A DNA stretch of 64,000 nucleotides, taken from an uncultured Oscillospiraceae bacterium. Its GTDB lineage: Bacteria > Bacillota > Clostridia > Oscillospirales > Oscillospiraceae. Made by a program: the position numbers and the translations under genes. The notes under the pieces were generated by a model, which had not been told where the DNA came from, searched no databases, and saw only the letters and a list, made by a program, of their open reading frames with translations. Position 1 is the first letter of the stretch; the number at the start of each line of letters is the position of its first letter. Location: contig CAJULM010000014.1 of assembly GCA_910587285.1 (NCBI GenBank), forward strand, positions 2,053 to 66,052, given 5' to 3'. This document shows, in pieces, positions 36,380-46,546 of the stretch.

Positions 36380-38503
36380 ATGGACACAACAAAAGGAAGC
36401 GGCCTCTCCATCAAATCCCGCGTATCCGCCATTGTATTGGCAGCGTGTCTGTTGGTCATGGTGGTCACCTCTGCGGTGGGCCATTTCATCCAGACCAGCG
36501 GCGGCTCCGTGCGCACTCAAGAGGTGGAATTTACCACTGACGTAGGCGCCTCCAGCCACGCCAAGCTCTACATCCCCAGCACAGCCACCGCGGACACCCC
36601 CGCCCCCGCCGTCATTCTGTGCCATGGCTATACCGCCTCGCTGGACGCCATGGAGCCCAACGCCATCGAGCTGTCCCGCCGGGGCTACGTGGTCATGGCG
36701 CTGGATATGTACGGCCACGGCGAGTCCACCCTGCCTCCCGCCGGCTACAGCCAGGCGGAGATGGGCGGCATTGAAGACTACGCCCCCGACCTGGGCTCCT
36801 ACTCCGCCCTTCAGGAGCTGGCCAAGTACGACTTTATTGATTTGACCAAGATCGGAATGCTGGGCCACTCCATGGGTACCGCCGCCATCCAGGAGGGCGC
36901 GTATCTCGCCTACGCCAAGTGGCAGAATGCCTACAACGCCGCCTTGGCCGAGGCGGTGGAGGCCGGCTCTGACGAGGCCACTGCCGCCGGCGCCGCTTAT
37001 ATGGCCGCCATGTCCTCGGGCATCGTTCTGCCCGCTTCCATGGTGCTCACCGGCTACAACTACAACGTGCGCAACATCAGCGATTTGACCTACAACGGCG
37101 TCACCGCCGAAAACGGCGTGTTCCCCCTGTTCGCCGCCCCGGTGAATATCTGCACCGTCCAGGGTGATTACGATGAGTTCTGCGACCTGCTGTGGGGCGT
37201 GAAGGACTCCCGGAGCTACACCCAGAGCTTCAAGTTTACCTACGGCACCGGCGGAGCCTCCAACGTGCCCTCCGGCACCTATTTCATGTATGGCGACGCC
37301 TCCGCCACCCCGCTGAGCCGGGAGGACGCAGCCGCGGCAGCCGCCTCCGCCGCCCTCACCATGGTCCCCATCCGGGCCGCCTACAATTTTAACGGCACCC
37401 ACTCCGACACCTATTACGATGAGACCGCCATCTCCTACGGCATCGACTTTTTCGACGTCACCCTCCGGGGCGGGCAGGCCACCATCGACCCCACCGACCA
37501 GGTGTGGCACGGCCGGGCCGCCTGCGGCCTCATCGGCCTGCTGTGTGCGCTGACCGCCTTTGTGGCTCTCGCGCTCACTCTGCTGCGGGTCCCCTTCTTC
37601 GCCACCATTGTCCAGCCCGAGCCCCAGTCCATCACCACCTGCGACACCCCCGCCCATGCCATCCGGTACGCGGTGATCTACGTGGTCTGCCTGCTGCCCG
37701 CCCCTCTGCTGTATTACTGGCTGGTGGGCTATCCCTACTATATGCAGCCCCAGTGGTTCAAGTTTTTGACCAAATTCTGGCCCAACAGCGTTTTTAACAT
37801 GGCCCCCATGAACTCGCTGCTGCTGTTCAACGTGGTGATTGGCTGCGTCCTGCTGGCGGTGTACGTGCTGGTCTTCCTGTTCATCGCCAAAAAAGCGGGC
37901 TTCGGCTGGGAGAACACCGGGCTGAAGCTACCGCCGGTCCAGGTGCTCAAGTCCCTGCTGCTGGCCGCTCTGTCCTTCGCCGGAGTGTATGCGGTGATTT
38001 ACGCCTGCTCCGGCCTGTCCGGCACCGAGTTCTCCTTCTTCAAGTTCAACATCATGCCCATGGACGCCGCCCACTGGGTCGCTTTCCTCAAATACCTCCC
38101 TGTGTGGCTGTTCTTCTTCCTGCTGGCCAGCGTGCTCTACAACACCTTCACCCGCGTCAACAACCTCCCCGGCTGGGCAAACTATCTCCTCATCGCCATC
38201 GCCTCCTGCGGCGGACTGGCGGCGATGTTTGCCTACGACTACGGCAAGCTGTTCGCCACCGGCGTGCGGGGCATCCAATACATCCCCGGCACCACCAGCG
38301 CCGAATGGCTGTCCGCCATCGGGATGTCCTTCCCCACCGCCCTGGCCGGCATCATGCTGTTCTCCCTGTTGTTCATCCTGCCCATCTCCGCTGTGATGAG
38401 CCGGGTGTGCTTTAAGAAGACGGGCTCCGCCTGGCTGGGCGGGTTCCTCACCGCCTTTGTCGTGCTGGCCTTCACCATCTCCCACATGGTCGTATCCATG
38501 TAA
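36380..38503 (+). CDS. Alpha/beta hydrolase with N-terminal anchor and polytopic C-terminal membrane domain
   Basis: LCHGY, ALDMYGHGES, nucleophile GHSMG; about 8 hydrophobic helices at the C-terminus. Confidence 0.85.
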   Translation: MDTTKGSGLSIKSRVSAIVLAACLLVMVVTSAVGHFIQTSGGSVRTQEVEFTTDVGASSHAKLYIPSTATADTPAPAVILCHGYTASLDAMEPNAIELSRRGYVVMALDMYGHGESTLPPAGYSQAEMGGIEDYAPDLGSYSALQELAKYDFIDLTKIGMLGHSMGTAAIQEGAYLAYAKWQNAYNAALAEAVEAGSDEATAAGAAYMAAMSSGIVLPASMVLTGYNYNVRNISDLTYNGVTAENGVFPLFAAPVNICTVQGDYDEFCDLLWGVKDSRSYTQSFKFTYGTGGASNVPSGTYFMYGDASATPLSREDAAAAAASAALTMVPIRAAYNFNGTHSDTYYDETAISYGIDFFDVTLRGGQATIDPTDQVWHGRAACGLIGLLCALTAFVALALTLLRVPFFATIVQPEPQSITTCDTPAHAIRYAVIYVVCLLPAPLLYYWLVGYPYYMQPQWFKFLTKFWPNSVFNMAPMNSLLLFNVVIGCVLLAVYVLVFLFIAKKAGFGWENTGLKLPPVQVLKSLLLAALSFAGVYAVIYACSGLSGTEFSFFKFNIMPMDAAHWVAFLKYLPVWLFFFLLASVLYNTFTRVNNLPGWANYLLIAIASCGGLAAMFAYDYGKLFATGVRGIQYIPGTTSAEWLSAIGMSFPTALAGIMLFSLLFILPISAVMSRVCFKKTGSAWLGGFLTAFVVLAFTISHMVVSM

Positions 38504-38554
38504 TTCCCCCGCCGCCACTGTATCAATTTAATATTAGAAAGGAAGTCTTATACC

Positions 38555-40006
38555 ATGTCCCTAATGACCGGCGAACAGTACATCGAATCCATTCGAGCTA
38601 TGAAAATGAACGTCTATATGTTCGGCAAAAAAATCGACTGCCCGGTGGACGACCCCATCCTCCGCCCCTCCCTGAACAGCGTGCGCATGACCTACGATCT
38701 GGCCCAGATGCCCGAGTATGAGGACCTGATGACCGCCGTCTCCCCCTACACCGGCAAGCGCGTAAACCGCTTCACCCACATCCACCAGTCCACCGGAGAC
38801 CTGATTAAAAAGGTGAAAATGCAGCGCCTGCTGGGCCAGAAGACCGCCGCCTGCTTCCAACGCTGCGTGGGCATGGACGCCTTCAACGCCGTGTTCTCCA
38901 CCACCTATGAGACGGATCAAAAATACGGCACCTGCTACCACGAGAATTTCCGCAAGTTCATGACCTACGTGCAGGACAACGACCTCACTGTGGACGGCGC
39001 CATGACCGACCCCAAGGGCGACCGCTCCAAGGCCCCCCACCAGCAGGCCGACCCCGACCTGTTCCTCCGCGTGGTGGAGCGCCGGGCGGACGGCATTGTG
39101 GTCCGCGGCGCCAAGGCCCACCAGACCGGCGTGCTCAACAGCCACGAGGTCATCGTCATGCCCACCCAGTCCATGAAGCCGGAAGATAAGGATTACGCCG
39201 TCTCCTTCGCCGTCCCCATGGACACCCCGGGCATCACCATGATTATCGGCCGCCAGTCCTGCGACACCCGCAAGCTGGAGGGCAGCGAGATGGACGTGGG
39301 CAACAGTGAGTTCGGCGGCGTGGAGGCCCTGACCATCTTCGACAACGTGTTCGTGCCCAACGACCGCATCTTCCTCAACGGCGAGGCGGAATTCGCCGGC
39401 ATGATGGTGGAGCGCTTCGCCGGCTACCACCGCCAGAGCTACGGCGGGTGCAAGGTGGGCGTAGGCGACGTGCTCATCGGCGCGGCCGCTGTGGCCGCCG
39501 ACTACAACGGCGCGGCCAAGGCCAGCCACGTGAAGGATAAGCTCATTGAGATGACCCACCTGAACGAAACCCTGTACGCCTGCGGCATCGCCTGCTCCGC
39601 CGAGGGCCACCCCACCCAGAGCGGCAACTACATCATCGACCTGCTGCTGGCCAACGTGTGCAAGCAGAACGTCACCCGCTTCCCCTATGAGATCGTCCGT
39701 CTGGCCGAGGACATTGCCGGCGGCCTGATGGTCACCGCCCCCTCTGAGGCCGATTTCCGCAGCCCGGAGCTGGGCCCCGTTATCGACAAGTACCTGCGCG
39801 GGGTGGACGCCGTATCCACAGAGAACCGCCTGCGCATCCTCCGCCTCATTGAGAACCTGGCCCTGGGAACGGCGGCGGTGGGCTACCGCACCGAGTCCAT
39901 GCACGGCGCCGGCTCTCCCCAGGCCCAGCGCATCATGATCGCCCGCCAGGGCAATTTGGAGCATAAGAAAGAGCTCGCCAAGGCCCTGGCCCACATCACA
40001 GAGTAA
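38555..40006 (+). CDS. abfD: 4-hydroxybutyryl-CoA dehydratase/vinylacetyl-CoA isomerase
   Basis: CFQRCVGMD, GAMTDPKGDR, HRQSYGGCK, TESMHGAGSPQAQR. Confidence 0.93.
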   Translation: MSLMTGEQYIESIRAMKMNVYMFGKKIDCPVDDPILRPSLNSVRMTYDLAQMPEYEDLMTAVSPYTGKRVNRFTHIHQSTGDLIKKVKMQRLLGQKTAACFQRCVGMDAFNAVFSTTYETDQKYGTCYHENFRKFMTYVQDNDLTVDGAMTDPKGDRSKAPHQQADPDLFLRVVERRADGIVVRGAKAHQTGVLNSHEVIVMPTQSMKPEDKDYAVSFAVPMDTPGITMIIGRQSCDTRKLEGSEMDVGNSEFGGVEALTIFDNVFVPNDRIFLNGEAEFAGMMVERFAGYHRQSYGGCKVGVGDVLIGAAAVAADYNGAAKASHVKDKLIEMTHLNETLYACGIACSAEGHPTQSGNYIIDLLLANVCKQNVTRFPYEIVRLAEDIAGGLMVTAPSEADFRSPELGPVIDKYLRGVDAVSTENRLRILRLIENLALGTAAVGYRTESMHGAGSPQAQRIMIARQGNLEHKKELAKALAHITE

Positions 40007-40010
40007 GCAA

Positions 40011-40050
40011 ACCGCTCTCCCTCCCTGTTCAATGCGGGGAGGGAGAGCGG
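40011..40050. terminator. Intercistronic stem-loop after abfD
   Basis: CCGCTCTCCCTCCC...GGGAGGGAGAGCGG. Confidence 0.5.
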
Positions 40051-40071
40051 AAGCAGGGAGGTAAACCCGCC

Positions 40072-40356
40072 ATGTTGGAACAGATTGAACAGGTTTTAGA
40101 CGCCCGAGTGCGGCCACAGCTTGCCCTCCACGGCGGAGGCATCCAGTCCTTGGACTGTGAGGGCGGCGTATACCGCTTTCGGCTGCTGGGCCAGTGCGCC
40201 GGCTGCGCCGCCGCCGACCTCACCACCGAGCTCCTCATTCAAGAGGAGCTGCTGCAAGCCGTCCCCGGCCTGATCGGGGTTGAGCTGGTGTGCCCCGTGA
40301 GCGACGAGCTTCTCCGCCAGGCCAGGTCCATTTTAAGTCAAAGCCATGGCGGATAA
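40072..40356 (+). CDS. NifU-C/NfuA-like Fe-S carrier
   Basis: VRPQLALHGGGI, LLGQCAGC. Confidence 0.85.
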   Translation: MLEQIEQVLDARVRPQLALHGGGIQSLDCEGGVYRFRLLGQCAGCAAADLTTELLIQEELLQAVPGLIGVELVCPVSDELLRQARSILSQSHGG

Positions 40357-40624
40357 GCCTGTGGTCGGCCTGCGCTACTGCGGCGGCTGCAACCCAAGAT
40401 ACCACCGGACGGGGGCGGTTCAGCAGTTGGAAAAGCTGCTTCCCCAGCTGGAATTTGTCCCCCTCCGCCCCGGCGAGAGCTGCCCGGTCGCGGTGGTGGT
40501 GTGCGGCTGCCCCGCCCGGTGCGTCGACGTATCCGGGATGGAGGGTAAGCTGATCCGGGTGTGCGCGCCAGAGGATTTGGACCAGGCCGCCGCCGCGCTT
40601 CAGCGTATCATTTGTAACGAATAA
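40346..40624 (+). CDS. Small Cys-rich hypothetical protein
   Basis: YCGGCNPRY...VVCGCPARC; overlaps the upstream gene. Confidence 0.75.
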   Translation: MADKPVVGLRYCGGCNPRYHRTGAVQQLEKLLPQLEFVPLRPGESCPVAVVVCGCPARCVDVSGMEGKLIRVCAPEDLDQAAAALQRIICNE

Positions 40625-40636
40625 GAAGGTGCTTTT

Positions 40637-41932
40637 ATGTCCTGGAATGAATATTACGCAGCCCACACTATGACGGCGGAAGCGGCAGCGGCCCTCATCC
40701 ACTCCGGCGACCGCGTGGTGGTGCAGCACGCCTGCGGCGAGCCGTCTCACCTGCTGGACGCCATGGTGGCCAACGCCGCCGCCTACGAAAATGTGGAGCT
40801 TGTTCACATGGTGGCCATGGGCAGGGCTGAGTACGCCCAACCGGGGATGGAGACCCACTTCCGCCACAACGCCCTCTTTGTGGGCGGAACCACCCGCGCC
40901 GCCATAGCCCAGGGCCGGGGGGATTTTACTCCATGCTTTTTCTCCGACGTGCCCGGTTTTTTTGAAACCACCCTGCCGGTGGACGTGGCCCTTGTCACCG
41001 TCACCCCACCCAATGAGGACGGCAAATGCTCCCTGGGCGTGTCGGTGGACTACACCCTGGCCGCCGTGAAGCACGCCAAAACCGTTATCGCCCAGGTCAA
41101 CCGCAATATGCCCTTCACTCACGGCCCGTCCACTGTGGACGTCACTGATATCCACTGCTTTGTCCCCTTCGACGCCCCCATCATCCCCCTGGCCCCGCCC
41201 AAAATCGGGCCGGTGGAGGAGGCCATCGGCAAAAATGTGGCGCAGCTGGTGCGGGACGGCGACACCCTTCAGCTGGGCATCGGGGCCATCCCCGACGCGG
41301 TGCTCAAATTCCTCACCGAAAAAAAGGACCTGGGCATCCATTCGGAAATGTTCTCCGACGGAGTGGTGGATCTGGCCCGAGCGGGCGTCATCACCAACGC
41401 CAGAAAGACCCTCCATCCCGGAAAGTATGTGGCCACGTTCCTGATGGGCACCCAGAAGCTCTACGATTTTGCGGATGGGAACCCCAACCTCTACCTGGCC
41501 CCCGTAGACTATGTAAACGACCCCTTTGTCATCGCTCAGAACGACAATATGGTGTCCATCAACTCCTGTGTGCAGGTGGATCTGATGGGCCAGGTGGCCT
41601 CCGAGTCCATCGGCCCCATGCAGATCTCAGGCACCGGCGGGCAGGTGGACTTCATCCGGGGGGCCGCCCGCAGCCGCGGCGGTCGGGCCATCATTGCCAT
41701 GCCCTCTACTGTGAAGGGCAAAACCTCCAAAATCGTCTCTGTGCTGGATGCCGGCGCGGCGGTAACCACCTGCCGGTGCGACGTGGACTACGTGGTGACG
41801 GAATACGGCATCGCCCACCTGAAGGGGCGCACCCTCCGGGAGCGGGCCCGGTCCCTTATCCAAATCGCCCACCCAGATTTCCAAGACGGCCTCAAAGCCG
41901 AGTTTGAGCGCCGGTTCCAAACGGCCTACTAA
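40637..41932 (+). CDS. cat2: 4-hydroxybutyrate CoA-transferase (acetyl-CoA hydrolase/transferase family)
   Basis: LQLGIGAIP, HSEM, SGTGGQVDF, VVTEYG; operon with abfD. Confidence 0.85.
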   Translation: MSWNEYYAAHTMTAEAAAALIHSGDRVVVQHACGEPSHLLDAMVANAAAYENVELVHMVAMGRAEYAQPGMETHFRHNALFVGGTTRAAIAQGRGDFTPCFFSDVPGFFETTLPVDVALVTVTPPNEDGKCSLGVSVDYTLAAVKHAKTVIAQVNRNMPFTHGPSTVDVTDIHCFVPFDAPIIPLAPPKIGPVEEAIGKNVAQLVRDGDTLQLGIGAIPDAVLKFLTEKKDLGIHSEMFSDGVVDLARAGVITNARKTLHPGKYVATFLMGTQKLYDFADGNPNLYLAPVDYVNDPFVIAQNDNMVSINSCVQVDLMGQVASESIGPMQISGTGGQVDFIRGAARSRGGRAIIAMPSTVKGKTSKIVSVLDAGAAVTTCRCDVDYVVTEYGIAHLKGRTLRERARSLIQIAHPDFQDGLKAEFERRFQTAY

Positions 41933-41942
41933 ACCCACAAAA

Positions 41943-41979
41943 ACAGCGTCAGGGACGGGAAACCCGCTCCTGACGCTGT
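41943..41979. terminator. Hairpin between convergent cat2 and GH3 genes
   Basis: ACAGCGTCAGG...CCTGACGCTGT. Confidence 0.65.
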
Positions 41980-42007
41980 CTCAGTTCCATGGAAGAATCC
42001 GCCGCCC

Positions 42008-44287
42008 TCAGCTTCTGCCCGCGGCCCGATTCATTTGGTCCACAAGGGCGTCAATCTCCTCGTCCCTGAGATGCTCGCCCACATAGGAGGCCAGGGAGTG
42101 GAGGGTCATGTTGTTGAGCAGCGCCCGTGCAAACGGCTCCCGCTCCAGGTCCATCTTGTCCAGGCCGAAGGGGAGATAGGGCTGAATCTGCGCGTATTTT
42201 TCGCTGAAAATGGCGGACCATTGGGGCGATTCCAGAATATCCCGCAGGATGGTGTTCCGCGTGACCTCCGGCTGCCAGGGCTTTTCCGGGCGGACCCGCA
42301 CTGTGTCCCACAGCCGGATGTCCGCAGAGGAGGCGCCAACCAAAATCTGATATTGGCCATCGGGGACGTAATAATCCCCCAGCGCCGTATTGTAGTAGGC
42401 GAACGCCCGCTTCCCCAGCCGGAAAGCGACCTCCTTTGTCTCCCCCGGCTCCAGATGGATTTTGGAAAACTCCCGCAGCTCCTTGACGGGCGCGGGCACG
42501 GGGGAGTCCACCCGGCCCACATAGACCTGAACGATCTCCCGGCCCGCCACGCCGCCCGTATTGGTGACCCGGCAGGAGACCTCCAGCTCCTCCCCATCGG
42601 ACAGCTCTTTTCGGTTCAGGCGCAGCTGGGAATAGGCAAACTGGGTATAGCTCAGGCCGTGCCCAAAGGGAAATACGGGGTCGATTTTCTTTTTTTCATA
42701 GTAGCGGTAGCCGACGAAAATTCCCTCCCGGTATTCGCAGCGGTCGCTTCGGTCCTCCCCGGCCGGGGTATACAAATAGGCGGGGCTGTCCTCAATTCGC
42801 CCCACGAACGTCTCCGCCAGCTTGCCGCTGGGGTTCGTCCGTCCAAACAGGATGCTGCTCACCGCCTCGCCCCCGGCCTCGCCGCACAGATAGGCCTCCA
42901 CCACGGCCTTCGCCCTGAGCAGCCAGGGCATCGAGATGACGGAGCCGTTGCTCAGCACCACCGCGAGGCGGGGGTTGACGGCCGCCAGCTCCTCCACCAG
43001 CCGCACATAGGCCGGAGGAATGTCCAGGCTGGTGCGGTCGTAGGTCTCCGACTCAAAGGACTCCGGTAGGCCGATAAACGCCACCACGGTATGGCAGGAG
43101 GCCGCGGCGGCCCGCGCCTGCTCCAGCAGGGCCTCGTTGGTCTCAGCGCCGGAATAGCCCGGCGCGTAAACCAGGCCTGGGCACAGCTTTTTCATCTCCT
43201 CCAGCGCGCTGGACACCCGGTACGGGTTGACGTGGGAGCTTCCGCCGCCCTGATAGCGGGGCTCAGCCGCCATCTCGCCGATGACGGCTATTCTGTCGTT
43301 TTCACCCAGCGGGAGGATGGAATCCTCATTTTTCAGCAGCACAACCGCGTTTTTCGCCACCTCAGCGGCAAAAGCGTGACCCTCCTCCGGCGAGATTGGC
43401 TCAGCGGCCGGAGTCTCTCTCAACGACTGGATCACCCGCAGTATGCTCAAAACGGCGCCGTCCAGGCACTCCTCTTTTAGTCGGCCATCCTCCACCGATT
43501 TCACCAGCTTTCGGACGCTGCTGCCATCGTTACCGGGCATCTGCAGCGACAGCCCCGCTTGCAGCGACGGCACGATCTGATCCATCGCCCCCCAATCCGT
43601 CAGAAGAATCCCGTCAAATCCCCACTCCTGCCTCAAAATATCCCGGGACAGGTGGGGATTTTGGGCCGGATAGTCTCCATTGACCTTGTTATAAGAGGTC
43701 ATAACGGCCTTTACGCCACCCTTTTTGACCACCGTTTCAAAGGCGGCAAGGTAGATTTCCCGCAGCGTGCGCTCGTCCATCACCGCGTCTACGGCCTTCC
43801 GGCGGTTCTCCTGGCTGTTTGCGGCGAAGTGCTTGACGCAGGCCGCCGCCGGCGCTGACTGAATCCCCTCCACCATGGCCGCCGCCAGCTCTCCGGCCAG
43901 GCAGGGGTCCTCGGAATAATACTCAAAATTGCGCCCGCACAGGGGGGAGCGCTTGATATTGATCCCCGGGCCAAGGAGTATGTCCACTCCGCTCTGCGCC
44001 GCCTCCCGGCCCAGAACGCAGCCCATCCGGCGCAGCAGGTCCCTGTCCCATGTGCAGGCGGCGGCGCTGGCCGTGGGATAGCACACCGAGGGGTGGCTCT
44101 CGTTGATGCCCAGGTGGTCGCTTTTCTCCACATCCTGCTTGCGCAGGCCGTGGGGCCCGTCCGACATAAACAGAGATGGAATATCATATTCCGGGTAATT
44201 CTGCGTCATCCAAAAGTTCATTCCCACACACAGGCGGGCCTTCTCCTCCAGAGAAAGCCGGCTTAATTGAATCTCAGGCTTTTGCAT
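42008..44287 (-). CDS. GH3 beta-glucosidase with Fn3-like domain
   Basis: SDGPHGLR, GRNFEYYSEDP, KHFA, TDWG nucleophile, FPFGHGLSY. Confidence 0.93.
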   Translation of the reverse strand: MQKPEIQLSRLSLEEKARLCVGMNFWMTQNYPEYDIPSLFMSDGPHGLRKQDVEKSDHLGINESHPSVCYPTASAAACTWDRDLLRRMGCVLGREAAQSGVDILLGPGINIKRSPLCGRNFEYYSEDPCLAGELAAAMVEGIQSAPAAACVKHFAANSQENRRKAVDAVMDERTLREIYLAAFETVVKKGGVKAVMTSYNKVNGDYPAQNPHLSRDILRQEWGFDGILLTDWGAMDQIVPSLQAGLSLQMPGNDGSSVRKLVKSVEDGRLKEECLDGAVLSILRVIQSLRETPAAEPISPEEGHAFAAEVAKNAVVLLKNEDSILPLGENDRIAVIGEMAAEPRYQGGGSSHVNPYRVSSALEEMKKLCPGLVYAPGYSGAETNEALLEQARAAAASCHTVVAFIGLPESFESETYDRTSLDIPPAYVRLVEELAAVNPRLAVVLSNGSVISMPWLLRAKAVVEAYLCGEAGGEAVSSILFGRTNPSGKLAETFVGRIEDSPAYLYTPAGEDRSDRCEYREGIFVGYRYYEKKKIDPVFPFGHGLSYTQFAYSQLRLNRKELSDGEELEVSCRVTNTGGVAGREIVQVYVGRVDSPVPAPVKELREFSKIHLEPGETKEVAFRLGKRAFAYYNTALGDYYVPDGQYQILVGASSADIRLWDTVRVRPEKPWQPEVTRNTILRDILESPQWSAIFSEKYAQIQPYLPFGLDKMDLEREPFARALLNNMTLHSLASYVGEHLRDEEIDALVDQMNRAAGRS

Positions 44288-44316
44288 ATTTGACACCTCC
44301 CGCAGTCATGCGCCGC

Positions 44317-45435
44317 TCAAAACAACAGTTCAATCACCCTGGTGAGGCAGCCAACCAGGCCGGACAAGCTGGAAAATTCAATGCGCGTGCGCTCCCACAC
44401 CCACGGCCACACCCGCTCCTTAACGGTATTCCGACAGGGAACCATGACCAGGTCCCCCGCCCGGACGACATCGCCGCCCAAAACCACAAGCTGCGGATCG
44501 AAAATGCTGACCAGATTGGAGATTCCCAGTCCCAGGTTTCGCCCTATCTGAGCCAAAGCTGCTACCGCCGCCCCATCCCCCTGCTCCGCCGCGTCGCAGA
44601 GCTCGCTGAAGGATTTTTTTGTGGCAATGGAGGAAGCCATCACCTCCCAGCACCCCCGCTTTCCGCAGGGGCAGGGCGGGCCGCTGGGGTCAATCACATA
44701 GTGCCCCAGGTCTCCGGCAAAGCCGTTGGACCCCCGGTACAGCTGGCCGTCCATCAAAATGCCCCCGCCGATGCCATATCCCACGGACAAATAGATCGCG
44801 TTGTCCGCGTCCTTGGCCGCGCCAAAGTGCTTCTCTCCCAAAATCGCATTGTTGGAGGCGGTGTCCGCGATAATCGGCACCTGGAACCGGCGCTGCAAGT
44901 ATTCCACCACCGGAATATTCCGCCAGTTGATGCTGTGAATGGCATAGAGCATTTTGTCGTCCGGCCTCAGCAGACTGGCCGTACCCACGCCGATGCCCAG
45001 CAGCTTGTCGGAATAAGCCCCGCAGGTCGAAAGCCCCTCATCCAAAAGGTCAGCCACCTGCGTCAGCACCTCCATGGGGGATTGGGCGGAGGAAAATGGA
45101 AGGTCCTTCATCCACAATATTTTGGCCCGGATATTGCTGATGGCGATTTTCATCACCGGCGGCCGGAACAAAATCCCGGCGCACAGGGCGTACTGCTCAT
45201 TAAACATCAGCAGATTCTGCGCCCGCCCCACGCTTCCCTTCAGCGACCCGCTGGGGACAATCATCCCTTCCTCCTCTAAAGAAGCCACGATGCTGGTAAT
45301 TGTGGCTTTGTTCAGGCCGGTCACTTTGGCCAGGCCGGTGCGAGAAATGGGGGCGTTTTTCCATAGGGCATAGATTACGCTGGTTCGATTCTGCTGCTTC
45401 ATCCTTGATTGATTAATAACCGACTCTGATTTCAT
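44317..45435 (-). CDS. ROK-family (XylR-like) repressor
   Basis: HTH ISRTGLAKVTGLNKATIT; GIGGG, GDLGH, CPCGKRGCWE. Confidence 0.92.
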   Translation of the reverse strand: MKSESVINQSRMKQQNRTSVIYALWKNAPISRTGLAKVTGLNKATITSIVASLEEEGMIVPSGSLKGSVGRAQNLLMFNEQYALCAGILFRPPVMKIAISNIRAKILWMKDLPFSSAQSPMEVLTQVADLLDEGLSTCGAYSDKLLGIGVGTASLLRPDDKMLYAIHSINWRNIPVVEYLQRRFQVPIIADTASNNAILGEKHFGAAKDADNAIYLSVGYGIGGGILMDGQLYRGSNGFAGDLGHYVIDPSGPPCPCGKRGCWEVMASSIATKKSFSELCDAAEQGDGAAVAALAQIGRNLGLGISNLVSIFDPQLVVLGGDVVRAGDLVMVPCRNTVKERVWPWVWERTRIEFSSLSGLVGCLTRVIELLF

Positions 45436-45698
45436 ATTCTGTGAACCGCCTTCCCGTCGAAGATACGCGCTGTGGGCATCGGCAATGCCGCCGCTTTTTG
45501 CAGCTATTATATACCATCCGGCGGAACAATGCAATATTTATTTTTTTAATAAAAAAACTATTGCTGTTCAGGCTCCCAACTTCCAACAATAATAAACAAT
45601 AGCCACCGCTTCAACCCCAGTTATTGTGTACTATTTATAAAAATTTTCAAGATATTTTGGTTGTATTGCTAATTCCTTTTGTGGGAATCGTCTGCTAT

Positions 45699-45723
45699 AA
45701 TTAGTTTGTTCAATAAACCAATT
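45699..45723. promoter_or_regulatory. XylR-type ROK operator overlapping an extended -10 (TGCTATAAT)
   Basis: AATTAGTTT-GTTCAAT-AAACCAATT palindrome. Confidence 0.65.
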
Positions 45724-45750
45724 TAACCCGCATAAAGGAGGAAATCCATC

Positions 45751-46545
45751 TTGCAGAAGGTAATCGACATCCATGTGCACGTCGGGAGCAGCGCCGCGCT
45801 TTACGTGGGTGGCAGCATCGACGTCGTCACCACAAGAATGAAGCTGCACGGAATCACCCATTCCGTTGTCTCGCCCATTCCTGGGTTTGAAGATCCCAAC
45901 GGCATCGAGTCCGTCCGGCGGATGAACGAGCAGGTGGCCGGCATTCAGCGGGATAACCAGGAGGTATTCCCCATGGTCCTCGGCGTGGCCGAGGCCAGGC
46001 ACGGAGCCCGGGCCGCTGTCGCCGAGACCGCCCACGCCCTGGGCGAGCTCGGGATGGGCGGCTTGATGTTCCACCACGATTTTGCGGGCGTAGAGATTCA
46101 CGCCCCGGTGATGGAGAACATTCTAGACGAGGTCATGCGGTATCCCGGCGCCCGCGTGGTGCAGATGCACACCGCCCAGCACTCCATGCTGGAGCCCCCC
46201 TTCGGCCTGTGGGTAATGGCCCAGAAATATCCCGACATCACATTCCTCTGCGGCCATCCTATGATGTCCATGATTCAGCTGGACAACATGGCCGCGATTT
46301 TAAAGCACTGCCCCAATATCTTCGTGGATACCTGCTGTACGTACACCCACGACCGCGCCATTGAAACCATGGCGGACAAGCTGGGCTCGGTGGATCAGAT
46401 CATGTTTGGCTCGGATAACCCCTATTGGCACCCCGGGCTGTGCATGGACAAGGTGCTGGTGGACCAGGCGGACCTGTCCCCGGAGGACAAGCAGAAAATC
46501 TTCAGCGGAAACTTTGAGCGCGTGTTTGGAAAGGTCGGTGTGTAA
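45751..46545 (+). CDS. Amidohydrolase_2-family metallohydrolase, ligands intact
   Basis: DIHVH, FHH, MHT, GHP, FGSD; TTG start after AAGGAGG. Confidence 0.88.
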   Translation: MQKVIDIHVHVGSSAALYVGGSIDVVTTRMKLHGITHSVVSPIPGFEDPNGIESVRRMNEQVAGIQRDNQEVFPMVLGVAEARHGARAAVAETAHALGELGMGGLMFHHDFAGVEIHAPVMENILDEVMRYPGARVVQMHTAQHSMLEPPFGLWVMAQKYPDITFLCGHPMMSMIQLDNMAAILKHCPNIFVDTCCTYTHDRAIETMADKLGSVDQIMFGSDNPYWHPGLCMDKVLVDQADLSPEDKQKIFSGNFERVFGKVGV

Positions 46546-46546
46546 A

